Shown piece by piece: positions 1 to 13,194 of a stretch of 64,000 nt of DNA. Made by a program: the position numbers and the translations under genes. Origin of the DNA: Eledone cirrhosa (lineage: Eukaryota); the NCBI GenBank assembly GCA_964016885.1, contig OZ024746.1:55924001-55988000 (forward strand), given 5' to 3'. The stretch's first letter is position 1. Every line of letters begins with the position of its first letter. A model generated the notes under the pieces. The model saw only the letters and a list, made by a program, of their open reading frames with translations. It had not been told where the DNA came from and did not search any database.

Positions 1-635
1 GGAGTTGGCTACCCGTAGGTGTGAGCCTCGTGGGCTGGAATATCTTTTCGAACGCGCTTCCCTCCCCATCCTCGGAGGAAACACCTCTATTCTGTCCGTC
101 AGATCCGTGTGGTGGCCAGAGGGTGGGACGAGTGAGTGAGACGGAGGCAGTAACTATACAAACGTTGAAATATTTTTTAGAGTCAAGGGTTAATTGATTT
201 TACTATGCCTGTGCGCGGCCACCCTAGTATGCTTGTATGTACTATAGGGTCATTATTCAGTATTTTAGACACAAACGCAAACACATTTCTTTCATTAGAA
301 ATATAGGTAGAGTTTTATAATTTCGCTCGTTAGGTATGACAGGTGAAATTTAAGATTTTTCCAGGGATTTCTAATGTCTTTTCAACGAATCTGACTTTCA
401 AAGCCGTCGGCATTTATTCGTTTTTTAGTTAACTGGGGAAGGTCGGCAGGGAAAACAAATTTCAACGCGGGACGGATGTAATTGTAAAACATTAAAGGAA
501 GGTGGCACGGGCAGGGAGGGGTAAAGTGTATATATTTATCTAAATACCTTCCATCATAATTTTATATATCACATGTATCATAAATACTATACATTCCGGA
601 GGCTGCCATCACACGATTTGTTGATTACATAACAG

Positions 636-677
<42 letters not shown>

Positions 678-843
678 TTGGTTGTGCACTCTTCTTTGAG
701 TGGTTTTGGGCTGCCATTTCTAGCCGCTCATTCCCCCAAGGCCACTGGTTCACTGACCTTTGCACGCATTCACTTCTCTCTACCACGTGTTTCGAGGCAG
801 TTATCTTAAATTTTCTTAGAGTTGTCTGGAATGTATAAACTTA

Positions 844-927
844 ACACACGCTGATGAACCATAGCTATTTCCATTCCATTCCTAATTTTGGGGGGCGAAA
901 CAAATCTCTTTGGATTTGTACGTGTGT
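844..927 (+). ncRNA. Type I hammerhead ribozyme in a PLE pseudo-LTR-like repeat
   Basis: Helix I acacacg/cgtgtgt; CTGATGA at 851-857; GAAA at 897-900; helix III caaatc/gatttg; GTA cleavage triplet. Helix II is weak. Downstream sequence recurs at ~20465-20650. Confidence 0.8.
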
Positions 928-1121
928 GATATATAGTTATAGAGGTGGGTATATTCATGTTGATTTATATTTTTAATTATTATGTGCCTACATCACCTTT
1001 CGTAGTTTATAGATTCCATACACTGGTAGTTTTCCCTGTTTATTAATAGCACACACTCTCTCTCTCTAGTGTGTTATCCTTTCTAAATATTGTATATTTA
1101 TACATATATACATACATGTAT

Positions 1122-1180
<59 letters not shown>

Positions 1181-1217
1181 TACAATATGTAGAAAGGATA
1201 ACATATATATATATATA

Positions 1218-1640
1218 TGCAGAAGTTATATTTAATTTGTTGGGATTCAACAAGCTTAAAAGTTTTATAACTGATATAAAGCACTCAACAAGTTATGGAG
1301 TATATATATTCAATATATTAATAAATGGAAACTATATTTATAAAACCATAATTATTTTATTACATATATTTCAAGGGCAACCAAGCAGTTTTGGTGCGCT
1401 TTTATCAGATAAAATACAAAATTTGTTTTATAAAAATCAATACCCTTAGAAAAACAACAGTGACGGTTGAAGGTTCGCTGGATAGTCAGCAGACCTTCAA
1501 CCGTCAATGTTGTTTTTTATGAGACAAATTTTATATTTTATCTGATGAAAGCGAACCAAAACTGCCTTGGTTGCCCTTGAAATATATATAATAAAATAAT
1601 TATGGTTTTATAAATATAGTTTCCATTTAATAATATATTG
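1218..1640. mobile_element. Fold-back (inverted) PLE pseudo-LTR pair with divergent HHRs
   Basis: Arms are reverse complements around a centre at ~1480; HHR on minus 1353-1416 (core decayed to CTGATAA) and on plus 1534-1598; same family at 6583-6940. Confidence 0.75.
1534..1598 (+). ncRNA. Type I hammerhead ribozyme, minimal palindromic helix III
   Basis: tattttat-CTGATGA-aag..aaccaa/ttggtt..ctt-GAAA-tatata-TA-ataaaata; 8-bp helix I. Confidence 0.85.
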
Positions 1641-1841
1641 TATATATATGTATGTATGTATATATAAATATACAACGTGTAGAAAGGATAAAACACTAGA
1701 GAGAGAGAGTATATATATATCCAGGGAGTGTAACGCGGAGGTACTACAGGTTCACCCGGTATCGAGGTGTAGAGCTAGACAGAGTGTAGTATAATACAAT
1801 ATAACAAGGACGAGTGGTTACTCATTCATCAAGTTTATTGG

Positions 1842-1876
1842 TTGGTGACGCGCGTTTCGCTGTTGATCAGCTCCAG
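1842..1876 (-). ncRNA. 5'-truncated hammerhead remnant of PLE type
   Basis: Minus strand GA-gctg atcaa cagc-GAAA-cgcgcg-TC-accaac followed by AATAAA; the CTGAT part of the core is incomplete. Confidence 0.5.
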
Positions 1877-1951
1877 GTTCAATCTGTATCGAACTAACCC
1901 GACTCTGTAATCAACTGCTCGTCGGATCTCTTTTGTGGTAATGGCGGAAGG

Positions 1952-2100
<149 letters not shown>

Positions 2101-2223
2101 TGAGAGAGAGAGTGAGAGTGGGAGTGTCTTTGTATATGTGTACCTTCTAATATGTGCGCACATTTATCTTCCTCTAGCTCTCATTTGTCAGCTAATTTCA
2201 TAGGTTCATTCTATTAAAATAAA

Positions 2224-2418
2224 GGGCGGTGGATTGGCAGTATCGGTAGAGGGACGGACGCCATGCTTTGCCGCATAGAGTTACGGCCCTTGCCATTCTG
2301 AGTTCAAATTCCGCAGAGGTTAACTTTGCCTTTCATCCTTACGGGGTCGATAAAATAAAGTACTAGTAATACACTGGAATAATTGCTGGCCTTGTGCCTA
2401 CAAGTAGAAACAATTATA
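2224..2418 (+). mobile_element. tRNA-derived SINE, family A
   Basis: A-box-like tggcagtatcgg, B-box gagttcaaattcc, conserved body ctttcatccttacggggtcgataaaataaagtac; about nine copies in the window; flanked by a tattaaaata direct repeat. Confidence 0.85.
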
Positions 2419-2792
2419 TTAAAATACTGGACAGCATGGTAACGGGAGATCCTTTCCTTCGACCACACACACCCACACCCACACACACACATACACACAC
2501 ATATATTTATATACATATATATATATATAATATAAAACGAAAAATCAGTGGTGCATCTGAACTCAATTTTTCGTTTGTTACAGTTGTTTCGCCGGCGGAC
2601 AGCTCGAGATATATATTTATATGTAAATAAGCGCCGGGCCGGAACATCTGGATCGCGGATTACAGCTGACGAAGGATTCTTTCTTATTTTCTTTTCTTCT
2701 CTTGTTTCGTCCATACCACTATCCTAAGCCTTGTTATATATATATATATATATATACATATATACATATATATACACACATATATATATATA

Positions 2793-2825
<33 letters not shown>

Positions 2826-2829
2826 CTAT

Positions 2830-2867
<38 letters not shown>

Positions 2868-2899
2868 GTATATGTATATATATATATATATATCTATGT

Positions 2900-2974
<75 letters not shown>

Positions 2975-3218
2975 GTATAGAGATTGTTTTAGCAAGAAGC
3001 TAACGGCATTCTATAACATATATGCGACTATAACGTCAAGATGGGAAAAGTAGTTAACGAAAGATTTAGGAAAACTAACTCAAACTCATTTCAAAAGAGA
3101 ATCAGGATATAAATTCATCCACAGAATTTAGTAAAATCCAGGGAAAATCTATAGACCTTTAACTCATGATAAAATAAAGTTTGAAACACTTATCCTTCAA
3201 TTTGGAATAACATCAAAT

Positions 3219-3300
3219 GCTCTGTATAGTCTTAAAAGACTATTTCATGAAAACTTTCGGTGGAGATGGTCACGGTTGGAATTTCAATCATCAGCAGAGC
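3219..3300 (-). ncRNA. Type I hammerhead ribozyme, array unit 1
   Basis: Minus: gctctg-CTGATGA-t tgaaa...tttca t-GAAA-tagtct ttta agacta-TA-cagagc; predicted cut between 3225 and 3224. Confidence 0.9.
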
Positions 3301-3850
3301 TCAACAGAAAACCAGGGCTCTCACAGTAATATAATCCAAAAAAGGGAATTCTAAAACTGGCTAGTTCGCCTTCATGTGTATTTATGAAAAAGCACATGAG
3401 GAAAAAACGGGGCTAGTGACGTCAGGATGGAAGTGAATGTTTATTTACAAGAAATAGCAGTCAAATACATTCTGAAAAAAAACTCTACAAAGGAGTTCAG
3501 CAAAATAGCAATAATTATCACAGTTTTTATGAAAAAAAACCGGGGATTAGTCACAGATAGTTTAAGCACTCTAGGAAAAGAATCCGAGTATAAATATAAA
3601 TGAGAGGTATAGAGATTGTTTTAGCAAGAAGCTAACGGCATTCTATAACATATATGCGACTATAACGTCAAGATGGGAAAAGTAGTTAACGAAAGATTTA
3701 GGAAAAATAACTCAAACTCATCTCAAAAGAGAATCAGGATATAAATTCATCCACAGAATTTAGTAAAATCCAGGGAAAATCTATAGACCTTTAACTCATG
3801 ATAAAATAAAGTTTGAAACACTTATCCTTCAATTTGGAATAACATCAAAT

Positions 3851-3932
3851 GCTCTGTATAGTCTTAAAAGACTATTTCATGAAAACTTTCAGTGGAGATG
3901 GTCACGGTTGGAATTTCAATCATCAGCAGAGC
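3851..3932 (-). ncRNA. Type I hammerhead ribozyme, array unit 2
   Basis: Same motif as 3219-3300 offset by 632 bp; core intact. Confidence 0.9.
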
Positions 3933-4482
3933 TCAACAGAAAACCAGGGCTCTCACAGTAATATAATCCGAAAAAGGGAATTCTAAAACTGGCTAGTTCG
4001 CCTTCATGTGTATTTATGAAAAAGCACATGAGGAAAAAACGGGGCTAGTGACGTCAGGATGGAAGTGAATGTTTATTTACAAGAAATAGCAGTCAAATAC
4101 ATTCTGAAAAAAAAACTCTACAAAGGAGTTCAGCAAAATAGCAATAATTATCACAGTTTTTATGAAAAAAAACCGGGATTAGTCACAGATAGTTTAAGCA
4201 CTCTAGGAAAAGAATCCGAGTATAAATATAAATGAGAGGTATAGAGATTGTTTTAGCAAGAAGCTAACGGCATTCTATATCATATATGCGACTATAACGT
4301 CAAGATGGGAAAAGTAGTTAACGAAAGATTTAGGAAAAATAACTCAAACTCATCTCAAAAGAGAATCAGGATATAAATTCATCCACAGAATTTAGTAAAA
4401 TCCAGGGAAAATCTATAGACCTTTAACTCATGATAAAATAAAGTTTGAAACACTTATCCTTCAATTTGGAATAACATCAAAT

Positions 4483-4564
4483 GCTCTGTATAGTCTTAAA
4501 ATACTATTTCATGAAAACTTTCAGTGGAGATGGTCACGGTTGGAATTTCAATCATCAGCAGAGC
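4483..4564 (-). ncRNA. Type I hammerhead ribozyme, array unit 3
   Basis: Same motif; core intact, one helix III mismatch (aatacta instead of aagacta at ~4502). Confidence 0.85.
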
Positions 4565-5114
4565 TCAACAGAAAACCAGGGCTCTCACAGTAATATAATC
4601 CGAAAAAGGGAATTCTAAAACTGGCTAGTTCGCCTTCATGTGTATTTATGAAAAAGCACATGAGGAAAAAACGGGGCTAGTGACGTCAGGATGGAAGTGA
4701 ATGTTTATTTACAAGAAATAGCAGTCAAATACATTCTGAAAAAAAAACTCTACAAAGGAGTTCAGCAAAATAGCAATAATTATCACAGTTTTTATGAAAA
4801 AAAACCGGGATTAGTCACAGATAGTTTAAGCACTCTAGGAAAAGAATCCGAGTATAAATATAAATGAGAGGTATAGAGATTGTTTTAGCAAGAAGCTAAC
4901 GGCATTCTATATCATATATGCGACTATAACGTCAAGATGGGAAAAGTAGTTAACGAAAGATTTAGGAAAAATAACTCAAACTCATCTCAAAAGAGAATCA
5001 GGATATAAATTCATCCACAGAATTTAGTAAAATCCAGGGAAAATGTATAGACCTTTAACTCATGATAAAATAAAGTTTGAAACACTTATCCTTCAATTTG
5101 GAATAACATCAAAT

Positions 5115-5196
5115 GCTCTGTATAGTCTTAAAAGACTATTTCATGAAAACTTTCAGTGGAGATGGTCACGGTTGGAATTTCAATCATCAGCAGAGC
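5115..5196 (-). ncRNA. Type I hammerhead ribozyme, array unit 4
   Basis: Same motif; core intact. Confidence 0.9.
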
Positions 5197-5683
5197 TCAA
5201 CAGAAAACCAGGGCTCTCACAGTAATATAATCCGAAAAAGGGAATTCTAAAACTGGCTAGTTCGCCTTCATGTGTATTTATGAAAAACCACATGAGGAAA
5301 AAACGGGGCTAGTGACGTCAGGATGGAAGTGAATGTTTATTTACAAGAAATAGCAGTCAAATACATTCTGAAAAAAAAACTCTACAAAGGAGTTCAGCAA
5401 AATAGCAATAATTATCACAGTTTTTATGAAAAAAAAACCGGGATTAGTCACAGATAGTTTAAGCACTCTAGGAAAAGAATCCGAGTATAAATATAAATGA
5501 GAGGTATAGAGATTGTTTTAGCAAGAAGCTAACGGCATTCTATAACATATATGCGACTATAACGTCAAGATGGGAAAAGTAGTAAACGAAAGATTTAGGA
5601 AAAATACGTATATATATACGTATATATATATATATATATATATAAACGTATATATATATATATATAAACATAGATATATATAC

Positions 5684-5749
<66 letters not shown>

Positions 5750-5753
<4 letters not shown>

Positions 5754-6522
5754 ATAATAATAAATTTGAAGACTAAAATCCAAAGAGGGCTCGATAAGGA
5801 TAACTATATATCAAATATATAAGAACCGTAGAGCAAATATTTATTAAAATACCAGATTAAATTTTAAGCAAAGAATCGCTGCTTTAACCCTTAACGGGAT
5901 CTACTGAAACTAACAAAGTCAATCTGTAAACGCAGAAGTGAATATTTCAAAAACGTTGCAACCGGAGGAAGACAGGAAGACGATACTTTGGTTCGTGGAA
6001 ACGTTCCATGGCAAAGAACGGGAAAAAAATGAATATAATACGTCGTTAATAGGAGCGGTGAAAAACAATTACACGCAAAGACAGAACCACGTTCATGGTA
6101 TAAAAGAAGTCGTAGGCTAATGTTCTCTTAGGTGGTTCATAGAGACGTTTGCGTGCAATTGTTCTCTACGCTCCACATATGACGTATTATCTTCGTTTGT
6201 TCCGTTCATTGCCATAGAACGTCTCTATGAACCAACTAAGAGAACATTAGTCCACGACTTCTTTTATACCATAAACGTGGTTCTGTCTTTGTGTGTAATT
6301 GTTTTTCACCGCTCCTATCAATGACGTATTATATTCGTTTTTTCCCGTTCTTTGCCAGGGAACGTTTCCACGAACCAAAGTATCATCTTCCTGTCTTCCT
6401 CCGGTTGCAACGTTTTTTTAAATATCCACTTCTGCGTTTACAGATTGACTTTGTTAGTTTCAGAAGATCCCGTTAAGGGTGAAAGCAGCGATTCTTTGCT
6501 TAAACTTTAATCTGTTATTTTA

Positions 6523-6530
<8 letters not shown>
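5750..6530. mobile_element. Fold-back repeat (probable PLE pLTR pair) with HHR-like motif
   Basis: 5837-6148 and 6219-6530 are reverse complements; left arm ~85 bp longer; agttt-CAGAAGA-tccc gttaa gggt-GAAA-gcag..ttgc-TT-aaact at 6456-6506; terminal part recurs at ~12400-12500 and ~14580-14660. Confidence 0.7.
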
Positions 6531-6585
<55 letters not shown>

Positions 6586-6741
6586 ATATATTAACAAATG
6601 TAAATAATTTTTATAAAACTATATTTATTTCATTATACATATTTCAAGGACACCATGTCCCACTATCCGGGATCTTCCAACAGAAATGGTCGCATTATTT
6701 AAGGGTATGTCAATATTTATTTATAAAATTGATCTATATTA

Positions 6742-6806
6742 TATTTTATCTGATGAAAGCACACCATAATTTGACTTGGTGTCCTTGAAATATGTATAAT
6801 GAAATA
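6742..6806 (+). ncRNA. Type I hammerhead ribozyme (family of 1534-1598)
   Basis: tattttat-CTGATGA-aag cacacca..tggtgt c ctt-GAAA-tatgta-TA-atgaaata, within asymmetric fold-back 6583-6940. Confidence 0.8.
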
Positions 6807-6936
6807 AATATGGTTTTATAAATATAGTTTCTATTTGTTAATATATCGTATTTTTACTCCAATAATTTGTTGAGTGCTTTATATCAGTTATAAAAATATT
6901 TGCTTGTTGTATCCCAGCAATTTAAATAGAACTTCT

Positions 6937-6985
<49 letters not shown>

Positions 6986-6987
<2 letters not shown>

Positions 6988-7186
6988 AAAATGTTTAACT
7001 CCTAAGGCAGAGCTCCAGCCGTTTCGACGGCTATTTCTGGAGTCCACAAATCTCAAACCGTTTCAACGGCTTGAGACTCTGCCGTCGGGGTTAAGCATTT
7101 TCTATTACCCACCCTACTACCCTAAGTATTGAGTACTCTGGTGCGTTACGGTCCATCTGGTTCCTTACCACTACTTTATTCGTTAT
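6986..7186 (+). mobile_element. Short fold-back pLTR-like element carrying the 3' half of an HHR
   Basis: Same family as 13195-13375 and 17850-18050; short inverted arm plus long arm, bounded by (TA)n. Confidence 0.65.
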
Positions 7187-7191
7187 ATATA

Positions 7192-7562
7192 TACGAGGGC
7201 AATCCCAAAAGTAATGTCTCCTTCCGATATTGCAACTTTTCCATTGAAATCCTGTGGATGGTTCTTCGGGAAACCTCAGGAACCAAAATGCATAGAGCAT
7301 CCAGAGTGATCCGCCGATTTTACGCATGTTTTCCTCGGAACGAGACCTTACTTATGGGATTGCCCTCTATATAATAACTGCGCGAAATTCGGACTAGGCG
7401 GTAGCGTTCAACGGGAGCTCCATTCTCAACGGCTGCTAAGCCAAGATTGATCTTCCTAGCGAAGCGCGCGCATGCTTGTTTGGGAGTGAGGGAAACACCG
7501 CACGAACAGTTTCTATGCGCCCCCATCGCTTTGGAAACCTTACTTTTGGGATTACCCTCGTA
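7192..7562. mobile_element. Tc1/mariner-type MITE
   Basis: TIRs tacgagggcaatcccaaaagtaa / ttacttttgggattaccctcgta with TA flanks; an extra TIR copy at ~7342-7370. Confidence 0.75.
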
Positions 7563-7564
7563 TA

Positions 7565-8010
7565 TATATATTGCTGTAGTGGAGTCTGTGCTGCTGTATG
7601 GGTCTGAGACTTGGACACTGACCAAGAGACTCACTCAGATGGTGGATGGGTGCTACACGAGAATGCTGAGGATGGCTCTGAACATTAATCAGTATACACT
7701 GAGGATGAAAAACTCAGAGCTGTATGGGAGCATCCCAAAAGTCAGCTCAAAATTGACACAGAGGAGACTGAGGTTGGCTGGACATGCTCACCGACATCCA
7801 GAGTTGACATTGCACTCAGTGCTCCTTTGGGAGCCCCTATATGGACACACTAGAAGAGGAAGACCAAGGTTAACATATGTTGATGCCCTAAGGACAGACA
7901 CTGGTCTGTTGGAGATGCAGGATATGGCAGCGATAATGAGGGACAGAGACCGCTGGAGAGAACTCGTCCATGGATCTCGGGAATTTTACCCGCCTTAGAT
8001 AGATAGATAT
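7565..8010 (+). mobile_element. 3' end of RTE-clade LINE (RT C-terminal region)
   Basis: VESVLLYGSETWTLTK...RRLRLAGH...[10 protein letters not shown]...DRDRWR, stop at 7998, then (AGAT)n tail; second copy at 54231-54415 minus. Confidence 0.85.
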
Positions 8011-9785
8011 ATACATATGCATATATATGTCTGTCTGTGTGTCTATGTATGCATGAATGTATGTGCATAAGAATGCCTGTATTTACGTGTGTGTGTATGT
8101 ATAAATATATATGTGTGTTTGTCTGTGTGTGCCTCTATGTGTATGCGTATGTGTGTGTGTGTGTCTGTGTGTGTGCATCTATGCGTATACACGTGTGTGC
8201 GTGTGTGTGTATGTGTGTGTGCATCTATGCGTATACGTGTGTGTATGTGTGTGTGTGCCTCTGTGTATGCGTGTGTGTGTGTGTGTTTGTGTATGTGTGT
8301 GCCTCTATGTGTATGCGTGTGTGTTTGTGTGTGTGTCTCTAGGTGTATGTGTGTGCGTGTGTGTGTGTGTGTGAGTATAGATATATAGTTATGACATGAC
8401 CCCATATAATGAACATCGTATAAATTATACTCATGCGCGTGTGTATAAAATATACTTCTTAACTCGCCGTTCGCCACTCTTTCTATATATGTATATACGT
8501 GTGTGTGTGTGAATACGTGTGCATATATATATATAAATATATGCATAGAATATAAACTATTCCTCCTCGTGTATGTTAATGTAAATACCTAGAAACATAT
8601 TTTCTTATTGTTGCTCTTGTTGTTGCTCTTGTTGTTGTTGTTGTTCTCTAAATATATCATTTAGCATACCCCTTCCTTCGTTAAATTTCTCCAAGAGCAC
8701 AGCGCAGACAAAGAATAAAATGTGTGGTGTGGGTACGGGAGAGGTGTTGCTGAAGTGAGTGGCTGACAGTCTCTCATTCAGAAGGTATTATATTTTCATC
8801 GTAGCTGTACGACATGTTTTCGTGTTACCAAAGTGATACGGTTAATGAATTTAACATCTGTTCCACGTCTATATTTACAAACACACATATACACATCAGC
8901 ATATATTTATTTTTGTAACAGAAATTATGAATGACAGTGACGACTTGCTTTCGCACTAAACATTCATTCATTAGTACACATTCACTAGTAAAATGATGTA
9001 CGGTGACAACTCACAGGCATTTGTGTACGTGAAAATATATGGGAGGCAAGCAACCTTTCTATTTGTCATTCATATCCCCCCCTCTCTCTCGCCTCATATA
9101 TATATATGCATGTTTGTGTGTGTGTGCGTGTGCGTGTGTGTGTGTGTTTGTGTGCGTGCATGTGTGTGTGTGTGTGTGCAAGGCGAGAGAGGGAGATGAA
9201 GAAGACATGAATGACTAAATATATATATATATTTATAGTTCAAAAAGTCACAAGAAAGACACAAAGATGCTAAAAGACATAAAGACTTATTTTATCATGA
9301 CGCTTAAGAGGTAGCAGAAGAGTGTTTGATGTTTCTGATATAAGTCCTTCTTCAGGAAATGGGGAGGGTTTGATGTTTCTGATATAAGTCCTTCTTCAGG
9401 AAATGGGGAGTTCGGAGGGAGAGACCACATCACACTTAAAGGACTGACATGTATTATATAATCGACACGTATTTCGCTTATATATATAAACGTAAAACTA
9501 GTTATAGTAATGCCGATAGGCAAAGGTATATAGTCTATTTAATATCACACATGTAGTCTTCAGACAGCTTCTGAACACCAGTAACTGGTGCTCCTGGACA
9601 GTTATGCGCTCAGACGCCCTCGTACTATTGAAACATCATTTATCATTTCCTTGCTAGAAGATTAAGTACTTCTACTTTATTTCTTCTCAGAAAGCTATTA
9701 TAGTCATAATCTTCATGACAACAGTGACTCTATTCATCTTTTCAATCCTAGCTGGGTTATCTTCGCCCACTTAGATACCTGACGT

Positions 9786-9996
9786 CAGGCATGTCTAACA
9801 TGCGACCTGTGGGCCGCAGGCGCCTATTTACAAGCACACCTGCGGCCCGCACAAAGGTTTTTACAGCGCGACCATATTTTATGTTCGTAAAATAAAATAA
9901 TTGTTGCAATGTGCACAAGTATTTGTCGTGTGTGACCCTCAGACAAAACATATGTGACGCACGTGGCCATCGGGGGCCCTCAGTTTGACATGCCTG
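9786..9996. mobile_element. hAT-type MITE
   Basis: TIRs caggcatgtctaac / gtttgacatgcctg; 8-bp TSD cctgacgt / ccttacgt. Confidence 0.85.
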
Positions 9997-10613
9997 CCTT
10001 ACGTTTCCGGACTCATAGTGTACCGCCAGTGTGAGTTTTATTGATATGTTTTACTCGTTATCGTAGATCTATTTTTATTTTTTTATAGATAGTGTTTCCT
10101 GATATTTTGTGTTCGATTATAAATGTCCTGATAAAACACCTTCAGATTCTGTCTGCCTGAGAATGTTCACATTGTTCCCCATTACTCACCAATGTACGAG
10201 CGAACTTATTTACATTTTCAAATCTATGAGAAAATGCTTTCTTTAGAATGTCTGGATTAGACAACACAATGCGTTACACAGGTCAAACATTTAAAATTTA
10301 AACAAATCTCGAAGACAACAGCTGGAAAGTTTGATTTTCTAATTGCATATACTTGTCTGGGCTCTATAATCTATTCTAAATGATGTATTCTGTTCTATAT
10401 AACATACTATGTATTTTAATCTAAGCAATATATTCTCTATTAATCTCTGTATTCTGTTTTAAGTAATGTACTCTATTCTACAAAATGTACTCTATTCTGT
10501 ACTAAACACAGTAAGATTCTCAAGTTGTCTATATATATGTGCGCGTGTGTATGTATTTGTACTTTTAGATTCCTCATTAACTATTTAACATTGTATCGTA
10601 TCATATTATATAC

Positions 10614-10673
<60 letters not shown>

Positions 10674-11396
10674 GTGTGTGTGTTTGTGTACTATTTATAC
10701 TCTCCCTCCACCCAGGCTTTTTAAAAATATTTCGTAACCTATACTTATGTTCCATTCAACTTTTCTAGCACACAGGCTAATTTAAGAAACACACGCCCCT
10801 AGTTTCTCCCTCACATAATATAGAAATTTTGCTTGGGTTCTATTTATAGAGTAACTATTTGACTAGCAAGAAAAATATGAGAAATACGTAAAGTAAATGA
10901 CCCAAAAATATAATTCATTTGATGATTTAGACATAAAGGCAAGCCCTACCAAGGAATTGAGTCGGGGTGTTGTGTATATCTTCATCTTTCCTTTTATCAA
11001 CATATTCCACTGCTGTTAATTAAGAATGTGTGACTACCCTGCGTGTCAATATGTATTGTACATGATTCTATTAGCGACAAACACGAAGCTGATGAATTGG
11101 TTGTAATTAATTAAGTAATAATTTTGGTAATTAAATCCATTCTTGATGCAATATTTCAGATGATGTAGTTTGCAGACATTCCTGTAAAGTATTTTTCGTT
11201 TATAAATATGATTCTGAGTCAAACATGACATGAAGTATGAGACCTTAACTTATAACCAGCTATCAATTAAATGCCGCAGCTTTCTGTTTAGGATGAATGT
11301 CACACATGTAGCTTGCTTCTCTGCTGCAACTAACGAGGCTTAATACATTGTTGGACTGTTTGGGTGCATATATCTATACCTATAACTATATCCACA

Positions 11397-11461
<65 letters not shown>

Positions 11462-11652
11462 GGGGGGTCTGTCTGTTTGTATGTGTGCGTTTGTGTGTTT
11501 GCGTAGGTGTGTGTGCGTCTGTCTGTGTGTGTGTGTGTGTTAAACCATTTCCCTCTCTCTTTCCAAACTTTATATGGAGTAATTACGTCGGCGGCGAAAC
11601 GCACATTTACTTCTTCCTTAGCATGAAATTAATACACACACACACACGCACA

Positions 11653-11779
<127 letters not shown>

Positions 11780-12062
11780 GATAACTGCCACTTCTTTACA
11801 TAGGAGGGGGGTGGCATCTCTCCAACGAATTCCCTGCTATTATGTAAGAGCACCAACGACAGGCAGTTGGCCAGTTTGATGATTGAACCGGATACGTTTA
11901 GCTCCCCTTCTCTAGACCCGGCTGCTCAGCCACTTAAGACTATGCCGATGAATGTTGCTGTTCAGGTTAATATATGTGTGCGTATATATGTAAACATACC
12001 AACACAAGAGCAAGAATCAAGGGTTCATTCTATTGACGTGGCTTTAAAAATGAGGCTTGTTT

Positions 12063-12258
12063 GCAGCGGTGGATTGGCACTATCGGTAGAGGGGCGGACG
12101 CTATGATTTGCCGCATATAGTTACGGCCCTTGCCATTCTGAGTTCGAATCTCGCCGAGGGTAACTTTGCCTTTCATCCTTACGAGGTCGATAAAATAAAG
12201 TACCAGTAATGCACTAGGTAATTGCTGGCCTTGTGCCAAAAAGTAGAAACAATTATTA
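12063..12258 (+). mobile_element. SINE family A
   Basis: Aligns over its full length with 2224-2418; a partial copy follows at ~12818-12922. Confidence 0.85.
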
Positions 12259-12534
12259 ATATTCCAAAATCTCAGATTGCATATATTGTATTCAGCCATG
12301 TAGAGCACATTTTTATTTACCCTACGTATTCAGTACTCTGGTGCGTTATGGTCCACCTTGTTCCTTACCAAACTTAGTTCCTTATATAAATATATATATA
12401 GTAATAATAAATATGAAGACTAAAATCCAAAGGTGGCTCGATAATGATAAATATATATCAAATATATAAGAACACTAGAGCAAATATTTATTAAAATATT
12501 TATTATCTGTTATTTTAATTAATTAATATATATA

Positions 12535-12755
12535 TATCGACAATCGATTGACTTTCGTCAAATCGGATCGATGAAACAATGTGTCCCTTGGTCTTTGCAA
12601 TTGCTAATACTAAATGTCAGTCTCAACTCCAGGTAGATGGATCAACGTGAAATAAAGTGTCTTGCTCAAGGACATAACGCATCACCCGGTCCTGGAATTG
12701 AACTCACAACCTCACGATTGTGAATCTAATTATTTAACCACTCAGCTACGCGCCT
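12535..12755 (-). mobile_element. tRNA-derived SINE, family B
   Basis: Reverse complement of 14356-14570. Confidence 0.75.
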
Positions 12756-13194
12756 ATATATGCCTATATATGCCTAGCTTTTTCCTGTATTTTTCCTTTC
12801 ATTATTTCTCCCATTTCACGCCGAGGTTGACTTTGCATTTCATCCTTACGGGGTCGATAAAGTAAAGTACCAATAAGGAACTGGTTAATTGCTGGCCCTG
12901 TGCCTAAAGTAGAAACAATTATTTCTCCCATTATTTTTGTTGCGGTGTCCACCCTTGATCTACGTACAAATCATCCTTTTTACATTCATACGTAACCGAA
13001 ATCCTATTCGTACACTCCGTCTTCCTGTCTATTCTCTTACACCATTTCATCGTACCACGGTCCTCCCTCTGTTCCACTCCCTCCTCCCTCGTCCTCCTCA
13101 TTTATTCTACTAAAACCTGTGTTACTCAACCCCTGCTGCTATATACTCTGACGTCAACATTTCAAAGTAAACACACGTATATATATATATATAT

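Larger units (their letters stand above)
2968..5606 (-). repeat. 632-bp tandem array (4 units + ~110 bp), one hammerhead per unit; retrozyme-like or tandem pLTR array
   Basis: Units start at 2968, 3600, ~4232, ~4864, ~5497; near-identical; flanked on both sides by (TA)n; no substantial ORF. Confidence 0.95.

Noticed and set aside
5043-5225. 60-aa ORF inside the 632-bp array
   Set aside because: Its ATG exists only in unit 4 (point change), and it is antisense to the ribozyme strand.
7447-7564. N-terminal part of the 183-aa ORF
   Set aside because: It is mariner MITE sequence fortuitously in frame with the RTE fragment.
9325-9410. Tandem ~46-bp duplication with CTGAAGA..GAAACATC on the minus strand
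   Set aside because: Probably a decayed minimal HHR but helices I and II do not pair; similar unsupported remnants at ~10125, ~29757 and ~42065 were also not called.
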